Translations under genes and position numbers: made by a program
Notes under the pieces: model-generated
Databases searched by the model: none
The model's input: only the letters and a program-made list of their open reading frames with translations
Told to the model about the DNA's origin: nothing
Source: an uncultured Acidimicrobiia bacterium
GTDB lineage: Bacteria > Acidobacteriota > Terriglobia > Versatilivoradales > Versatilivoraceae
DNA length: 64,000 nucleotides
Direction: 5' to 3'
NCBI GenBank assembly: GCA_963786955.1
Contig: CAWBAT010000004.1
Location: 800,001 to 864,000 of the forward strand
In this document: one piece after another, positions 32,433 to 42,686 of the stretch
Layout of the letters: every line of letters starts with the position of its first letter
Position numbering within the stretch: the first letter of the stretch is position 1

Positions 32433-32593
32433 GCGAATTCCCTCGGTGATTGGTCTGAGGTCCAGTTTAGTATAGCAAACTTCGGAAGCTGGCTCGCTAG
32501 TAGCGGCAAGCAACGAGTCACAAGCTTCATCACAAAACGCGGTGAAAATTCTGTTGCAGCATTAAGCCCCCGCTTCTTTCCCGCCATTGTTCC

Positions 32594-32983
32594 TTATTTT
32601 TTCGAAACAGTGACGACCACTTGATCAGACCAATCCTCAATCGCTTCGTCAGCTGGACCTAGATGGTAAATATTTGCCTTGATGACGTAAGTACCCGCGT
32701 CTTTATATGAGTGCTTCAAGCCCTCGGAACAATCTGAACCCACCGGACCTTGCGGAGAAGATGAGTAGGGACCATCCCCCCAAAGGATCGAGTATCCGCA
32801 GCCTGCCCGGCCTTGATAATGTCCCCTGCCGAGTCGCACCAATCGCTCGGGCTCTATCACCTGGACAGCCAACGGGGCCGGGCCTGACAGCCTGTTTAGT
32901 TTCAGCCGGTCGTTGACGCCGGCATAATAAAAAGCGCAAGCCAGGGTACTCACCAAAAACACTAACGAAATTCTTAATTTCAT
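32594..32983 (-). CDS. Secreted protein with PKD-like domain
   Basis: Signal peptide; WGDG...HSYKDAGTYVI. Confidence 0.6.
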   Translation of the reverse strand: MKLRISLVFLVSTLACAFYYAGVNDRLKLNRLSGPAPLAVQVIEPERLVRLGRGHYQGRAGCGYSILWGDGPYSSSPQGPVGSDCSEGLKHSYKDAGTYVIKANIYHLGPADEAIEDWSDQVVVTVSKK

Positions 32984-33213
32984 ACTTTCACCTCGTCTTG
33001 GGTCCAACGCTGCAGTGAGCGGCAGCGCTGGAGACCTGTCCATACAGGTACGTTGTAACCGACAAGAAAAAAAGCAAAGCAATAAGAATTCGGTAAGTTG
33101 TAAGTTTCATCTGGCAATTTGGTTTAGCATTAGTCTTGATAGTACCAGGCGCTCATCACAATCAAGCTCAGCCGCAACAACCTAATTTGACGGGCATTCC
33201 ATGAAGCGATGGG

Positions 33214-33795
33214 TTAGGGCCATTCCACCGAATACACGGCAAATATCCGGCATGGCCCCGGCTCAGCGTTTTTGAATTGGCCTTTTTCCAATAAATGCTG
33301 TGCGTCTTCCAGAGAAGCCAGTAAACAATGTTGATTCGTTCCTACTTCTGTAGCCAACGAGTTGCATGATAGCGGGGAGCACTCTGCGCTTGTTCTCGCC
33401 GAAAAGGTGACGACATCGTAGCCCTCCAGACTTTTTCTTCGTGGCTCGATGACTTGAGTTGTGAACGACGCCTCTGGCTTGAAGGAGATCCATTGACCGT
33501 CGGCTTCATCGAATTCTAATTCATGAACCTCGTAGTAAAAAAGACTTGTCCCGGTTAGATAGATAGACTCTGCCTCAGATAGCTGCCGGATCGTGTCCGG
33601 AGAATCGAAAAACCAATAGCCATTGTGTTTCCAGTACTTGATGTAGTCGGCGAAGTCTTTGGATACGCAGTTGCTGACCAAGTAAACATCGATGACACGC
33701 TCGGCCTTTAACCATTCCGGCCGACTTATTACTCGCTTGGCCATGTATCCGGCTGGAATCATTTTGGCGCCAAACATGTACGAGAATGGCTGCAC
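33214..33795 (-). CDS. Hypothetical protein
   Basis: 193-aa ORF with protein-like composition (CSPLSCN); start may be 33762. Confidence 0.65.
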   Translation of the reverse strand: MQPFSYMFGAKMIPAGYMAKRVISRPEWLKAERVIDVYLVSNCVSKDFADYIKYWKHNGYWFFDSPDTIRQLSEAESIYLTGTSLFYYEVHELEFDEADGQWISFKPEASFTTQVIEPRRKSLEGYDVVTFSARTSAECSPLSCNSLATEVGTNQHCLLASLEDAQHLLEKGQFKNAEPGPCRIFAVYSVEWP

Positions 33796-33853
33796 CTCCT
33801 ACTTAAGGCGGAGCAAGGTGGGTCTGCCGATACCGAAAAAAGGGGGTCAACCT

Positions 33854-33894
33854 CCCTGTCGCCATTGGCACTGTCCCCTTTGTTTGAGGGGGAC
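33854..33894. repeat. REP-like double hairpin
   Basis: Same-orientation copy of 30639..30681. Confidence 0.6.
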
Positions 33895-33966
33895 GATTGC
33901 GCGGTGGCCCGGCTTCGCAGAGCTCAGCCCTCCAAGCAAGGTGCTGCGTCTAGACGCACGCCCGGC

Positions 33967-35049
33967 TTAAATCCCCAGTTTTTGCGCGGCCATTTGGGTC
34001 CCGAGTACTCGGGCACGAATTTTCTGAAATGCCGTCTCCCGGCTCGTCGAGGTATCATCCCCAAAAGGAGAAAATCCGCAATCGTCCGTCGTGCCCAGTT
34101 GTCCCAGGGGAATGAATTCGGCGGCTTCGAGCACTCGATCTCTGACTTCCTCGGGGGTCTCTGCTTTTGGGTTGATCGGATCGATCACGCCGACAAAAAT
34201 CTTCTGGTCCGGCCTGGCGCTTTCTTTGATGACCCTCAAGACCCTGGAACGAGAGGTCTCACTCGCAAGCTGGATATAGAAATTTCCAACCTTCAGCTCA
34301 AACAAGAGAGGTAACAGCTCTGCATAATCCACGTCTGCGCTGTGTGTGGAGTCTTGATCGCCCCCGGGGCAAGTATGGACTCCAATACGTTTGCGCTCTT
34401 CCGAGGAAAACCGGCTAAAGACGCGGTTGTTCAACTCGACAAAATTCTTCAAAAGTTTCTTGGAAGGATCGAGCTTTACCGAAAGCCGCCCTTCCGTGAA
34501 ATCAACTTGAACATTATAAGCCCCTCGCTCGAGACAGCGCCGGATATCGGTTTCGTTTTCGCTAACCAGATCGGCAACAAAGGCTTCCCGTGGATAGCCC
34601 TCCAGCCTCTGCTGTGGATACAAGAGACTCAGGGCGGAAGCTGAAATCACAGCCTGCTTGACGGGAACATGCGCATGTTTTCTAGCTTCCACTAGATATC
34701 CCTCGGCATAAGTTTTGTAACGAAAAGGACCTGCCGTGAGTCGCGGCAGCTGGCGGGTGTGCCCGTCAGCAAACGGGATCGTCACTCCGTCGGATGCGAG
34801 CGTGGTCAGTCCGTGAATGGGGTAGGTTGCAAAGCTGGGCTTGGTCTGCTCGCCGTCGGTGATGACGGGGGAACCCGTGGCTTCGAAAAGCCGGATGGTG
34901 TCACGAACCGCATCGTTGTAAAACGAATTCACTTCCTTCTGGGTGATATGCCCGGCGTTGAAAGCTTGGACAGCTTCGATCAGTTTTTGCGGTCTGGGAA
35001 TACTGCCTATAGGTTCAGTGGGGATTGGCATGAATTTAATCCTCCGCAT
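33967..35049 (-). CDS. Cobalamin-independent methionine synthase II family (MetE C-terminal-like) protein
   Basis: IGSIPRP, TDGEQ, zinc ligands HTC...E...DCGF. Confidence 0.88.
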   Translation of the reverse strand: MRRIKFMPIPTEPIGSIPRPQKLIEAVQAFNAGHITQKEVNSFYNDAVRDTIRLFEATGSPVITDGEQTKPSFATYPIHGLTTLASDGVTIPFADGHTRQLPRLTAGPFRYKTYAEGYLVEARKHAHVPVKQAVISASALSLLYPQQRLEGYPREAFVADLVSENETDIRRCLERGAYNVQVDFTEGRLSVKLDPSKKLLKNFVELNNRVFSRFSSEERKRIGVHTCPGGDQDSTHSADVDYAELLPLLFELKVGNFYIQLASETSRSRVLRVIKESARPDQKIFVGVIDPINPKAETPEEVRDRVLEAAEFIPLGQLGTTDDCGFSPFGDDTSTSRETAFQKIRARVLGTQMAAQKLGI

Positions 35050-35156
35050 CGAAAAGGATGACGCCAGCTCAGGTGGGCTGGCCTAAAGAATTGATCTGTT
35101 TGTCAATTTTAGTTTGTAACCCGTCATTCATAAAGTTCGCTTTGGAGCAATGGGTG

Positions 35157-36224
35157 CTAGCAGATCCGGGGCAGTTGTTCACCGCTGAGCATATCGACGA
35201 TCCGGGTGGCGCCAATCCTGCTTTTCATCGTCACCAGTCCATTTTCTTCCGGGGTGACCTGTCCGATCCTGCTGGCTTCGATTCCAAGAGGGTGGGCTCT
35301 CATGAGATCGAGAGCCCGTTCGGCGTGCTCAGGAGCTACAAAACAAACGAACCTTCCTTCGTTGGCCACATAGAGCGGATCAAAACCCAGGATTTCACAG
35401 GCGCCCCGAACATCTTCCCGGGCCGGAATGGAGTTCTCATCGATGTGGATCCCAAGTTTCGCAGCTTCGGCAATTTCAACCAGGGCGCTGGCCAACCCTC
35501 CGCGCGTCAGATCTCGAAGACAATGGATTTCAAGTTCTGCCTCGAGCATGGAAAGCACGAGTCCGGAAACGGGCGCACAGTCACTCTCAATGGTGGTCTC
35601 AAACTCCAACCCTTCCCTGACCGCCATGATGGCAATCCCATGCCGGCCAATGTCTCCGCTGAGGAGAATCACGTCTCCCGGACGAATGCTCGCTGGTGAG
35701 ATGGTCCGGGGAGTTTCGAGGACGCCCACTCCGGCGGTATTAATAAAGATGCCATCTCCCTTTCCGCGGTCAACGACCTTGGTATCCCCCGTAATCAATT
35801 GAACACTCGCCTCTTCGGCTGCCCGTTTCATCGACTGGACCACACGCCAGAGCGTTTCCATGGGAAGTCCTTCCTCGAGGATGAACCCTGCGCTTAAATA
35901 AAGTGGCCGGGCCCCGCACATTGCCAGATCATTGACCGATCCATTGACGGCCAGGGTCCCGATGTCTCCTCCTGGAAAAAAGAGCGGCCGGACTACGTAA
36001 CTGTCGGTGGTAAAAGCGAGCTTCTGGGAACCTATCTGAAACACCGCGCCATCGTGGCGGGATTCCAGGAATGGGTTGCTGAAAAGTGGCAAAAACATCT
36101 TCTCGATGAGTTGGTGCGAGAGAGTGCCGCCGCCACCATGAGCGAGCAGGATGTGGGGATATTGGTCAATGGGGATAGGGCAAGAGAAGCCATTGGCCAA
36201 ATCGTTCGCAGAGTCAGGCTTCAT
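35157..36224 (-). CDS. hypE: Hydrogenase maturation protein HypE
   Basis: AHGGGG, TTDSY, GDTKVV, RDLTRGG, C-terminal PRIC. Confidence 0.96.
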   Translation of the reverse strand: MKPDSANDLANGFSCPIPIDQYPHILLAHGGGGTLSHQLIEKMFLPLFSNPFLESRHDGAVFQIGSQKLAFTTDSYVVRPLFFPGGDIGTLAVNGSVNDLAMCGARPLYLSAGFILEEGLPMETLWRVVQSMKRAAEEASVQLITGDTKVVDRGKGDGIFINTAGVGVLETPRTISPASIRPGDVILLSGDIGRHGIAIMAVREGLEFETTIESDCAPVSGLVLSMLEAELEIHCLRDLTRGGLASALVEIAEAAKLGIHIDENSIPAREDVRGACEILGFDPLYVANEGRFVCFVAPEHAERALDLMRAHPLGIEASRIGQVTPEENGLVTMKSRIGATRIVDMLSGEQLPRIC

Positions 36225-37350
36225 GCGCTTCCACTTTCTGATGAGGAATCGAGCCCTCGTTTGGCCGGATTCGCCGGTAGCGATAGTAAGCGGCACAGGC
36301 TCCTTCGGAAGAGACCATGGTGGCTCCCAGCGGGTGTTCCGGCGTGCAGCGTGATCCAAACGCGGGGCACTCGAAGGGCTTCTTCACGCCCTGAAGGACC
36401 AACCCGCTGATGCACTCCGGGGATTCTTCAAAGGTTTGGTCCGCCACACCAAACCGGCGCTCGGCGTCAAAGTCAGCAAACGGATCCTGCAATCCTAACC
36501 CACTATGATTGATCTGCCCCACTCCCCGCCATTTTCGATGAACGACCCGAAACACTTTTTGAATCAAGTTCTGGGCAACTGTATTCCCTCGTCTCTGCAC
36601 AGCTCGGCGGTATTGGTTTTCCACTTCAGCCCGCCCTTCTTCCAGCTGGCGGATGCACATGTAGATACCCTGAAGGATATCCAAAGGCTCAAACCCGGTG
36701 ACGACGATGGGCACGTGATATTTCTTCGCGATGGGCTCGTATTCCTCGTACCCCATCACGGTGCAGACGTGTCCCGCTGCCAGAAAACCCTGCACCCGGT
36801 TCGATGGGGAAGAAAGGATGGCCTCCATCGCCGGAGGCACCAGAACATGGGAAACGAGGATGGAAAAATTCTTGACCTGCTGCTGATGAGCCTGGAACAC
36901 GGCCATGGCATTGGCCGGAGCGGTCGTCTCAAATCCAACCGCAAAAAAAACCACTTGTCGTTCCGGATTCTCCCGTGCCAATCGCAAGGCGTCCAGAGGA
37001 GAATAGACAATCCGTACGTCACCCCCTTCCGCCTTCACGCTCAACAAATCCTTGGAATTGCCGGGCACTCGGAGCATATCCCCGAAAGAACAGAAGATCA
37101 CTCCGGGGCGCGAAGCAATCTCAATGGCTTTTTCGATGAGCTCCAAAGGAGTCACACAAACCGGGCAACCGGGCCCGTGCACCAGAGTGATCTGTTTGGG
37201 CAGTAATTCATCGATGCCGAATTTGACAATCGAGTGGGTCTGCCCGCCACACACCTCCATAATGGTCCATTCTCGCGTCGCCAAACGATGGATCATTCGC
37301 GCGTAGCGTTGAGCGGCCTCACCGTCCCGGTACTCATCGATGAACTTCAT
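36214..37350 (-). CDS. hypD: Hydrogenase maturation protein HypD
   Basis: [29 protein letters not shown]. Confidence 0.97.
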   Translation of the reverse strand: MKFIDEYRDGEAAQRYARMIHRLATREWTIMEVCGGQTHSIVKFGIDELLPKQITLVHGPGCPVCVTPLELIEKAIEIASRPGVIFCSFGDMLRVPGNSKDLLSVKAEGGDVRIVYSPLDALRLARENPERQVVFFAVGFETTAPANAMAVFQAHQQQVKNFSILVSHVLVPPAMEAILSSPSNRVQGFLAAGHVCTVMGYEEYEPIAKKYHVPIVVTGFEPLDILQGIYMCIRQLEEGRAEVENQYRRAVQRRGNTVAQNLIQKVFRVVHRKWRGVGQINHSGLGLQDPFADFDAERRFGVADQTFEESPECISGLVLQGVKKPFECPAFGSRCTPEHPLGATMVSSEGACAAYYRYRRIRPNEGSIPHQKVEAHEA

Positions 37351-37613
37351 TTCACTTCCTTCTCCCCATTCTCCTCAAGTTCGGCTAATTCTCCCATTTG
37401 GCGCAAATATTCAAAGACCTGCCGAGCTTCGCCTTCATCGATGGTGTTAATCGCGAAACCCACATGAACAAGAACGTAGTCGCCCACCTGAGCTTCGGGA
37501 ACATAGGCCAAATTAATCAGTTTGACGATCCCACTGAAGTCCACTTTGCCGCTTCGAAGCAAGGGGTCTGAACCTTCAATGCTAAGGAGCTTCCCTGGCA
37601 CGGCCAGACACAT
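37347..37613 (-). CDS. hypC: Hydrogenase chaperone HypC
   Basis: MCLAVPG...[11 protein letters not shown]. Confidence 0.97.
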   Translation of the reverse strand: MCLAVPGKLLSIEGSDPLLRSGKVDFSGIVKLINLAYVPEAQVGDYVLVHVGFAINTIDEGEARQVFEYLRQMGELAELEENGEKEVK

Positions 37614-38058
37614 GTCAATGACTCCTTAATTATTATGCCGTTCTAAAAATATCATCTTTAGTTTGACCCACCCGAGAAGGCTTATCAAGTGTTCATTCCC
37701 CTCCCCAGTCGGGGAGAGGAATCAAGGGTGAGGGTTCCACAAACCGCAAAAACCAAATTTCGAATCTGCGGCTGCAAATTGGTTTCACGTCCGATAACCC
37801 AGGGCGGCATGGATGCGGTGCTCGTTATAGAATTCCACATAGGCTCGAATTTTACCTGGTGAGATTCGCCAAAGGTTTCACGGGCGCTGGGCCATATCTC
37901 TTTTTCTTTGATGGTTCGAATCTCTCGTTCGACATAAGCATTCTTATCCAGGGCGTTGTATCCGGTGTATTGGGCTTCGATTGCCCTAATGACGCAGACT
38001 CGCTGGGATTACCCTTCCGCTGCGCGAGGGATGCGATCAAAGACCCCGGCTGAACGCT

Positions 38059-40866
38059 CTATCGGTAGGACACGATTTCTGCGTAGAGGATTAGAAGGAT
38101 TAACAACAACCCGATCGTCAGCGCCGTGAAACCAAGCCGCCGCCAAAGCTTCACTGCCAGCGGGTTTGGTCGCGGCATCAGGAGCTTATCCAATTCACCG
38201 CTTTCTACAAGTTGCTCGTATTCCCGTGGCCGGTCCCGCTTGAATTCTTCGAGCGGAACTCCTTCCGTAAAGATGACCGTATCTATTGGGAACTTCTCGG
38301 GTCGGAAGTGGGTGTTGAAGAAATGGATGGTGAAGATGAATCCCACCGCAAGCAGCGCCTCGTCGCTATGGATGGTGGTAGCCACGTTAATCATCCAGCC
38401 CGGCATGAATCGTGTAAAGAATTCCGGAAACCAGAGCAAGAGACCGCTGGCCCCAATCACTGCCACGCCCCAGAAAACGGCAAAGTAATCGAACTTTTCC
38501 CAGTAGGTCCACCGCCCATAGGCCGGCCGTTCTCCTTTACCAAAAAACCACTTCACCGAGCCAATCAGTTCGCAGAGATCGTTGCGGTTGAACAGCATGC
38601 TCTCCTTGCCCAGGATGAACTGGCGCCATGTTTTGCGAGCCTCGCGCTTTTTGCGGACGAGATCACGAACATGGAAAGCGAAATAGCCGAAGGTAAGGAC
38701 GGCGCAGGTCCGGTGGATGAAACCCGCTGCTTCGAATCCACCGAGCAGCCGCGAGACCAGCTGTGCCCAGCCAGCATAGGAGAACTTCAGCATCATACCC
38801 GTAATTGCCAAGCCGAAGAAACTGACGATAACGGTCAAGTGCAGATTGCGGTGCAGTTTTTCAAAGCGCCGCACATAAACAGGGCTTTCTTCCACATGCG
38901 CCGCTTTGAGTTCGCGACGGTATTGCAGGGAGCGGGGCAACCACGCGATCGTGTGTGAACCGGAGATCAGCAGCGTACCCAGCAGGAGTGTGGTCATACC
39001 CCAAAAAGTGTAAAACAAAAACGGATATTTATGCGGATCATGATGTGTGGCGTGAGTCAGGTAGCCTGCAAATCGGCGGTGTGAACCCGGATGACATTTT
39101 CCACAGGTTGCCACAATGTTGGCGCGACTTAACCGGGATTTCTGATCGTCTACGCGTCGTATGTCGTGCGCTCCATGGCAGTCGTAGCACTTCGCTGTTT
39201 TGACGTATCCGAGTTTGGACACCTTCCCATGATACGTTTCGAAATAGGTGTCCGTGATGTCCTTGTGGCAGCGACCACACTGCTCCATGATATGCAGCTG
39301 GAAATCGGTGATGTCCGTGCGCTGAATCGTGTGCGCCGTATGACAGTCGCTGCAAGTCGGCTGGAGCTTCCCTGTTCTTGTTACCTCGGGCGAGTGGACA
39401 CTGCCAACGAACTGCTCATAAATGCCGCGATGACATTTTGAGCAGGTGGCAGCAATATTCTGAGGGTTAACGCTGGACCGCGGATCAGCTTTCGGCAGCT
39501 CATGGTGCGGCGTGTGGCAGTCGGCGCAGTCGGCTGTCACCGTCAGGCCGGCTTCGAGTAGACCTTTGCCGTGAATGCTCTCGCGGTAGTGTTCCAGGAT
39601 TTCGGTCTGCTGCCCTTTGTACCTTAAGGCCGCTTTTTGTCCCGTGCGATGGCACTGCGCGCACAGAGCCGGCACATTACGTGAGTAAGTAGGGGAATTC
39701 GATTGATTCTTGCTCAGCACATTATGTGTGCTGTGGCAGTCGGCACATCGCGGAGAATCCGGGCTGCCTTTGGCGCTGAGCGTTCCATGCGTGCTTTCCC
39801 GATATTGACTGACCGCTTCGGCATGACAGATGGAGCAATCCACCTGCGCAACCACAGTGGCACACGGCCTCGTCCCCGACGGCATGACTCCGGTGTGACA
39901 CTGCACGCAGGTGACTCGTGAGTGCCGCGAACCCGAGAGTTCTGCTGTCTTCACATACAAAGAAAAGGTCTGGCCGCCTCGCGTCACCGTCAAATCCGAT
40001 TTACCGTGGCAGCGCAGGCAGTCATGGTCCGACATACCTTGCGCGTAGAACACGCGACGAATCTTGTGCGGTTCATGACAATCAACGCAGGCTGGAATCA
40101 GATGGGACTGCTTTTCCCAGAGTTCCCCCCGGATCACTTTCTGATGAACCGCCTCGATCTGCGCGTGGCAGTGCATACAGGTCTTGGCGATATTTTTCGC
40201 GGCAATCGAAGAGCGCGGGTCGGTGTGCGGGAGCACGGAGTGAGAGGTATGGCAGCTGGTACACACTGCGGTTACGGTGAGCCCCCGCTTGAATAAGCCC
40301 TCACCGTGAATGCTGTCGGCATAGTTACCGAAGATATTGGTCTGGGGAATGTCGTGTGTAAGGCTGACCGGAGACCCTTCCCGGTGGCAGCGGCCGCACA
40401 ACTTCGGCACTTCTGTGACGGAAACGGATGAACCCGGAGTGGAGGGGCTCAGCAGATGATGCGTACCATGGCAGTCCTTGCAGGTAGGCGCAAGCTTATC
40501 CCCTCGGCTTAGTGCCTTACCATGCAAACTCTCATCATAATGTTTCTGCTGGTCTGCATGACAGTTGCCGCATTCCACCTTCGACAATTTTTCAGCGTGG
40601 GGCAGTTGCTTCGGATCGATGTCGGAATGACAGCTCGAGCACTCGAGCGAAGCATGCGGGGAGGCCTTTAACGCTGCTTCATCATAAGCCGGCGGCACGC
40701 CAGCTTCCCTTTTTCCCGTTCTCCGACCTGGGTCATGGCACCCAGCACACTCTTCTGATCCCGGGAGCGTTTTCGACTCTGGGGCAGCCTGGACAGAGAC
40801 TTGTAAGTAAAGGATCAGTAATAACTTAACCAATAACCACACTACCATTACTGCTCCCTTAGACAA
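38059..40866 (-). CDS. 19-heme c-type cytochrome fused to a diheme cytochrome b domain (CbcL-like)
   Basis: 19 CxxCH counted, then TM helices with HRNLH, IHR, GRWTYWEKFDY, IHSDEA, IHFF. Confidence 0.92.
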   Translation of the reverse strand: MSKGAVMVVWLLVKLLLILYLQVSVQAAPESKTLPGSEECAGCHDPGRRTGKREAGVPPAYDEAALKASPHASLECSSCHSDIDPKQLPHAEKLSKVECGNCHADQQKHYDESLHGKALSRGDKLAPTCKDCHGTHHLLSPSTPGSSVSVTEVPKLCGRCHREGSPVSLTHDIPQTNIFGNYADSIHGEGLFKRGLTVTAVCTSCHTSHSVLPHTDPRSSIAAKNIAKTCMHCHAQIEAVHQKVIRGELWEKQSHLIPACVDCHEPHKIRRVFYAQGMSDHDCLRCHGKSDLTVTRGGQTFSLYVKTAELSGSRHSRVTCVQCHTGVMPSGTRPCATVVAQVDCSICHAEAVSQYRESTHGTLSAKGSPDSPRCADCHSTHNVLSKNQSNSPTYSRNVPALCAQCHRTGQKAALRYKGQQTEILEHYRESIHGKGLLEAGLTVTADCADCHTPHHELPKADPRSSVNPQNIAATCSKCHRGIYEQFVGSVHSPEVTRTGKLQPTCSDCHTAHTIQRTDITDFQLHIMEQCGRCHKDITDTYFETYHGKVSKLGYVKTAKCYDCHGAHDIRRVDDQKSRLSRANIVATCGKCHPGSHRRFAGYLTHATHHDPHKYPFLFYTFWGMTTLLLGTLLISGSHTIAWLPRSLQYRRELKAAHVEESPVYVRRFEKLHRNLHLTVIVSFFGLAITGMMLKFSYAGWAQLVSRLLGGFEAAGFIHRTCAVLTFGYFAFHVRDLVRKKREARKTWRQFILGKESMLFNRNDLCELIGSVKWFFGKGERPAYGRWTYWEKFDYFAVFWGVAVIGASGLLLWFPEFFTRFMPGWMINVATTIHSDEALLAVGFIFTIHFFNTHFRPEKFPIDTVIFTEGVPLEEFKRDRPREYEQLVESGELDKLLMPRPNPLAVKLWRRLGFTALTIGLLLILLILYAEIVSYR

Positions 40867-40907
40867 ATCTCTTGCGGACGTTTCGCCGCAATATCATGTT
40901 AAACAAG

Positions 40908-40923
40908 TGCAATTCTCTTGCCG
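40908..40923 (-). promoter_or_regulatory. Sigma-54 promoter
   Basis: Minus strand CGGCAA-GAGAA-TTGCA about 40 bp upstream of the 19-heme gene. Confidence 0.65.
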
Positions 40924-41247
40924 TTTTTTTCGGCCATTCTAGTCAGAGCCAACGACATCCAATGGCATCGGGAACTGACACGTCTCAGTTGGGCTCGAAG
41001 GTGGGGACAGGACTTCACATCTGAAAGCGACGAAGAGATACCTAATCTGAAAACCACAACAGTTCCACCAGCCTCCCCTGATTCCCGAAACCGAAAAGAA
41101 CTGCTTTCGCGACTGTTTACTTGCTTATTGCCGCCAGGACACGCTAGCGATGGCGGAACTTATCAACCTAATCGGTTGTGCAATTGAATTTCGGCTCTAA
41201 GTTGAATGCCTTCGACTAGACCTGTTGACAACTGTGGGCGCCCCAAC

Positions 41248-42441
41248 TTAGGGCATTTGCCGATAAGCTTGTCGAACAATTTCGACTTGTTCACGAAGAG
41301 CGGGGTGGGGACGAAAATCAGGTGGGGTTCCATGTGCATATCCGAAGAAGTCGCATCCGGATTCGTACCATTTTTTCCAAGTGTTGGGATCGCACAACCC
41401 TTTCACATCGGGCCGACCAATGATGGTAGTCATGACCCGTTGATTCGGTTTGCGGATCTTCAGGAGCCAATCCACCACGGCATCGGATGATTCCGCGATG
41501 AGTTGGTCACATTCGTTGACCATCGGATGGTCGACCCACATCGGTTCCGCCGGTCTGTAAAATGGCACATTGAAGTTCGCTTTGGTTTCTGGGTTGCCTT
41601 TGTGCATGGCTTCCTGGATGCGATGGAATTGCCGGGCCATAACTTCCCGCTTGTACTTCAGGCTTTCCTCCGGGCTGATCTCGGATGCTTTCTCCGGCAT
41701 GTCCCGCCCGATAATTTCCCGGAACGGATTTTTGACGAAAGCTGATGGCTGCACCGGGAAATCATTGCAATCGTATTTCCCATAATTAAAGCAGTCAAAA
41801 TTGATCCAGTCGACAGGATAGAGGCGCAAGAACTCGGTGATGCGGGCGCAGAGCAAATCTGTCCAAGGACTCTCGGGCGCCAAAAGTCCTACCTCGTTAT
41901 GGTTTCGAGTGGTGGGAACGAGCCAGTCGGAGCGGATATTGCTCATGCAAAGGTCCATAGCAATGCAAAAATAGCCGCAAAACGGCAGATTCGCCTTTTG
42001 CGCCATTTTAAACAGCCTGGGAAACAAATCTCTGCCGGGTCCCGGAGCTACAGGCCCGAGTTTTGTCGGATAATAGGCGTATCCACAATAGGAATAACCC
42101 TGTAAGAAAAAGATGTTCACGCCGAAATCCCGATGCCATGCAAAGTACTCCTCAGGGTCAATGAAGGCCCAGTCCTGGGGCATGGCTGGCGTCATTACGA
42201 CTCGGTCTCCCTTGCGAGCGATAAAATTCAGGTCGCAGCAAAACAACTTGATCGGTTTTCCGCCGCTAGGCAAATCTTTCGCGTTAGGCAGTAATTGCAC
42301 TGACGGTTTCTTGCTTATTGCGGTCACGGCAGATTCGCTGGGAGCAGAATTTAGAGCCGCAGCCGTGCCAACAGCGAGCCACGATGATTTCTTCAGAAAC
42401 TTTCGGCGAGTCTGGCTTCCATCATTCATAGGAATCTCCAA
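41248..42441 (-). CDS. Tat-exported protein, possible glycoside hydrolase-like TIM barrel
   Basis: RRKFLK; GYAYYPTKLG and YPVDWINFD resemble GH29/GHL-type barrels. Confidence 0.55.
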   Translation of the reverse strand: MEIPMNDGSQTRRKFLKKSSWLAVGTAAALNSAPSESAVTAISKKPSVQLLPNAKDLPSGGKPIKLFCCDLNFIARKGDRVVMTPAMPQDWAFIDPEEYFAWHRDFGVNIFFLQGYSYCGYAYYPTKLGPVAPGPGRDLFPRLFKMAQKANLPFCGYFCIAMDLCMSNIRSDWLVPTTRNHNEVGLLAPESPWTDLLCARITEFLRLYPVDWINFDCFNYGKYDCNDFPVQPSAFVKNPFREIIGRDMPEKASEISPEESLKYKREVMARQFHRIQEAMHKGNPETKANFNVPFYRPAEPMWVDHPMVNECDQLIAESSDAVVDWLLKIRKPNQRVMTTIIGRPDVKGLCDPNTWKKWYESGCDFFGYAHGTPPDFRPHPALREQVEIVRQAYRQMP

Positions 42442-42452
42442 GATTTCTCAGT

Positions 42453-42636
42453 GAAGGTGCGATGCTCTATTCTTTGTGGGACTGCATCCCTCACCCGGTC
42501 CTGATGGACCACCCTTCTCCCGCAAGGGTGAATTCTTGTGCGGGTGCGGAGCTATAAATAGGCCGCCCCTAACGGGACTGGAGAGAATGAGGGAACCGAC
42601 TGCGGTCATAGAGCATCGCTATTTCTTCACACCTTC
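42453..42636. repeat. TIR-bounded REP/MITE-like element
   Basis: GAAGGTGCGATGCTCTAT...ATAGAGCATCGCTATTTCTTCACACCTTC with internal CCCTCACCC-type hairpins. Confidence 0.55.
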
Positions 42637-42686
42637 GGAAGACAGGGGTGCCCAATGTCGGGTGAGGGGCTGATGTCAAGATCCAA

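Noticed and set aside
37852-38053. Small ORFs between the 19-heme gene and hypC
   Set aside because: No RBS or motif; the region consists of repeat-like remnants.
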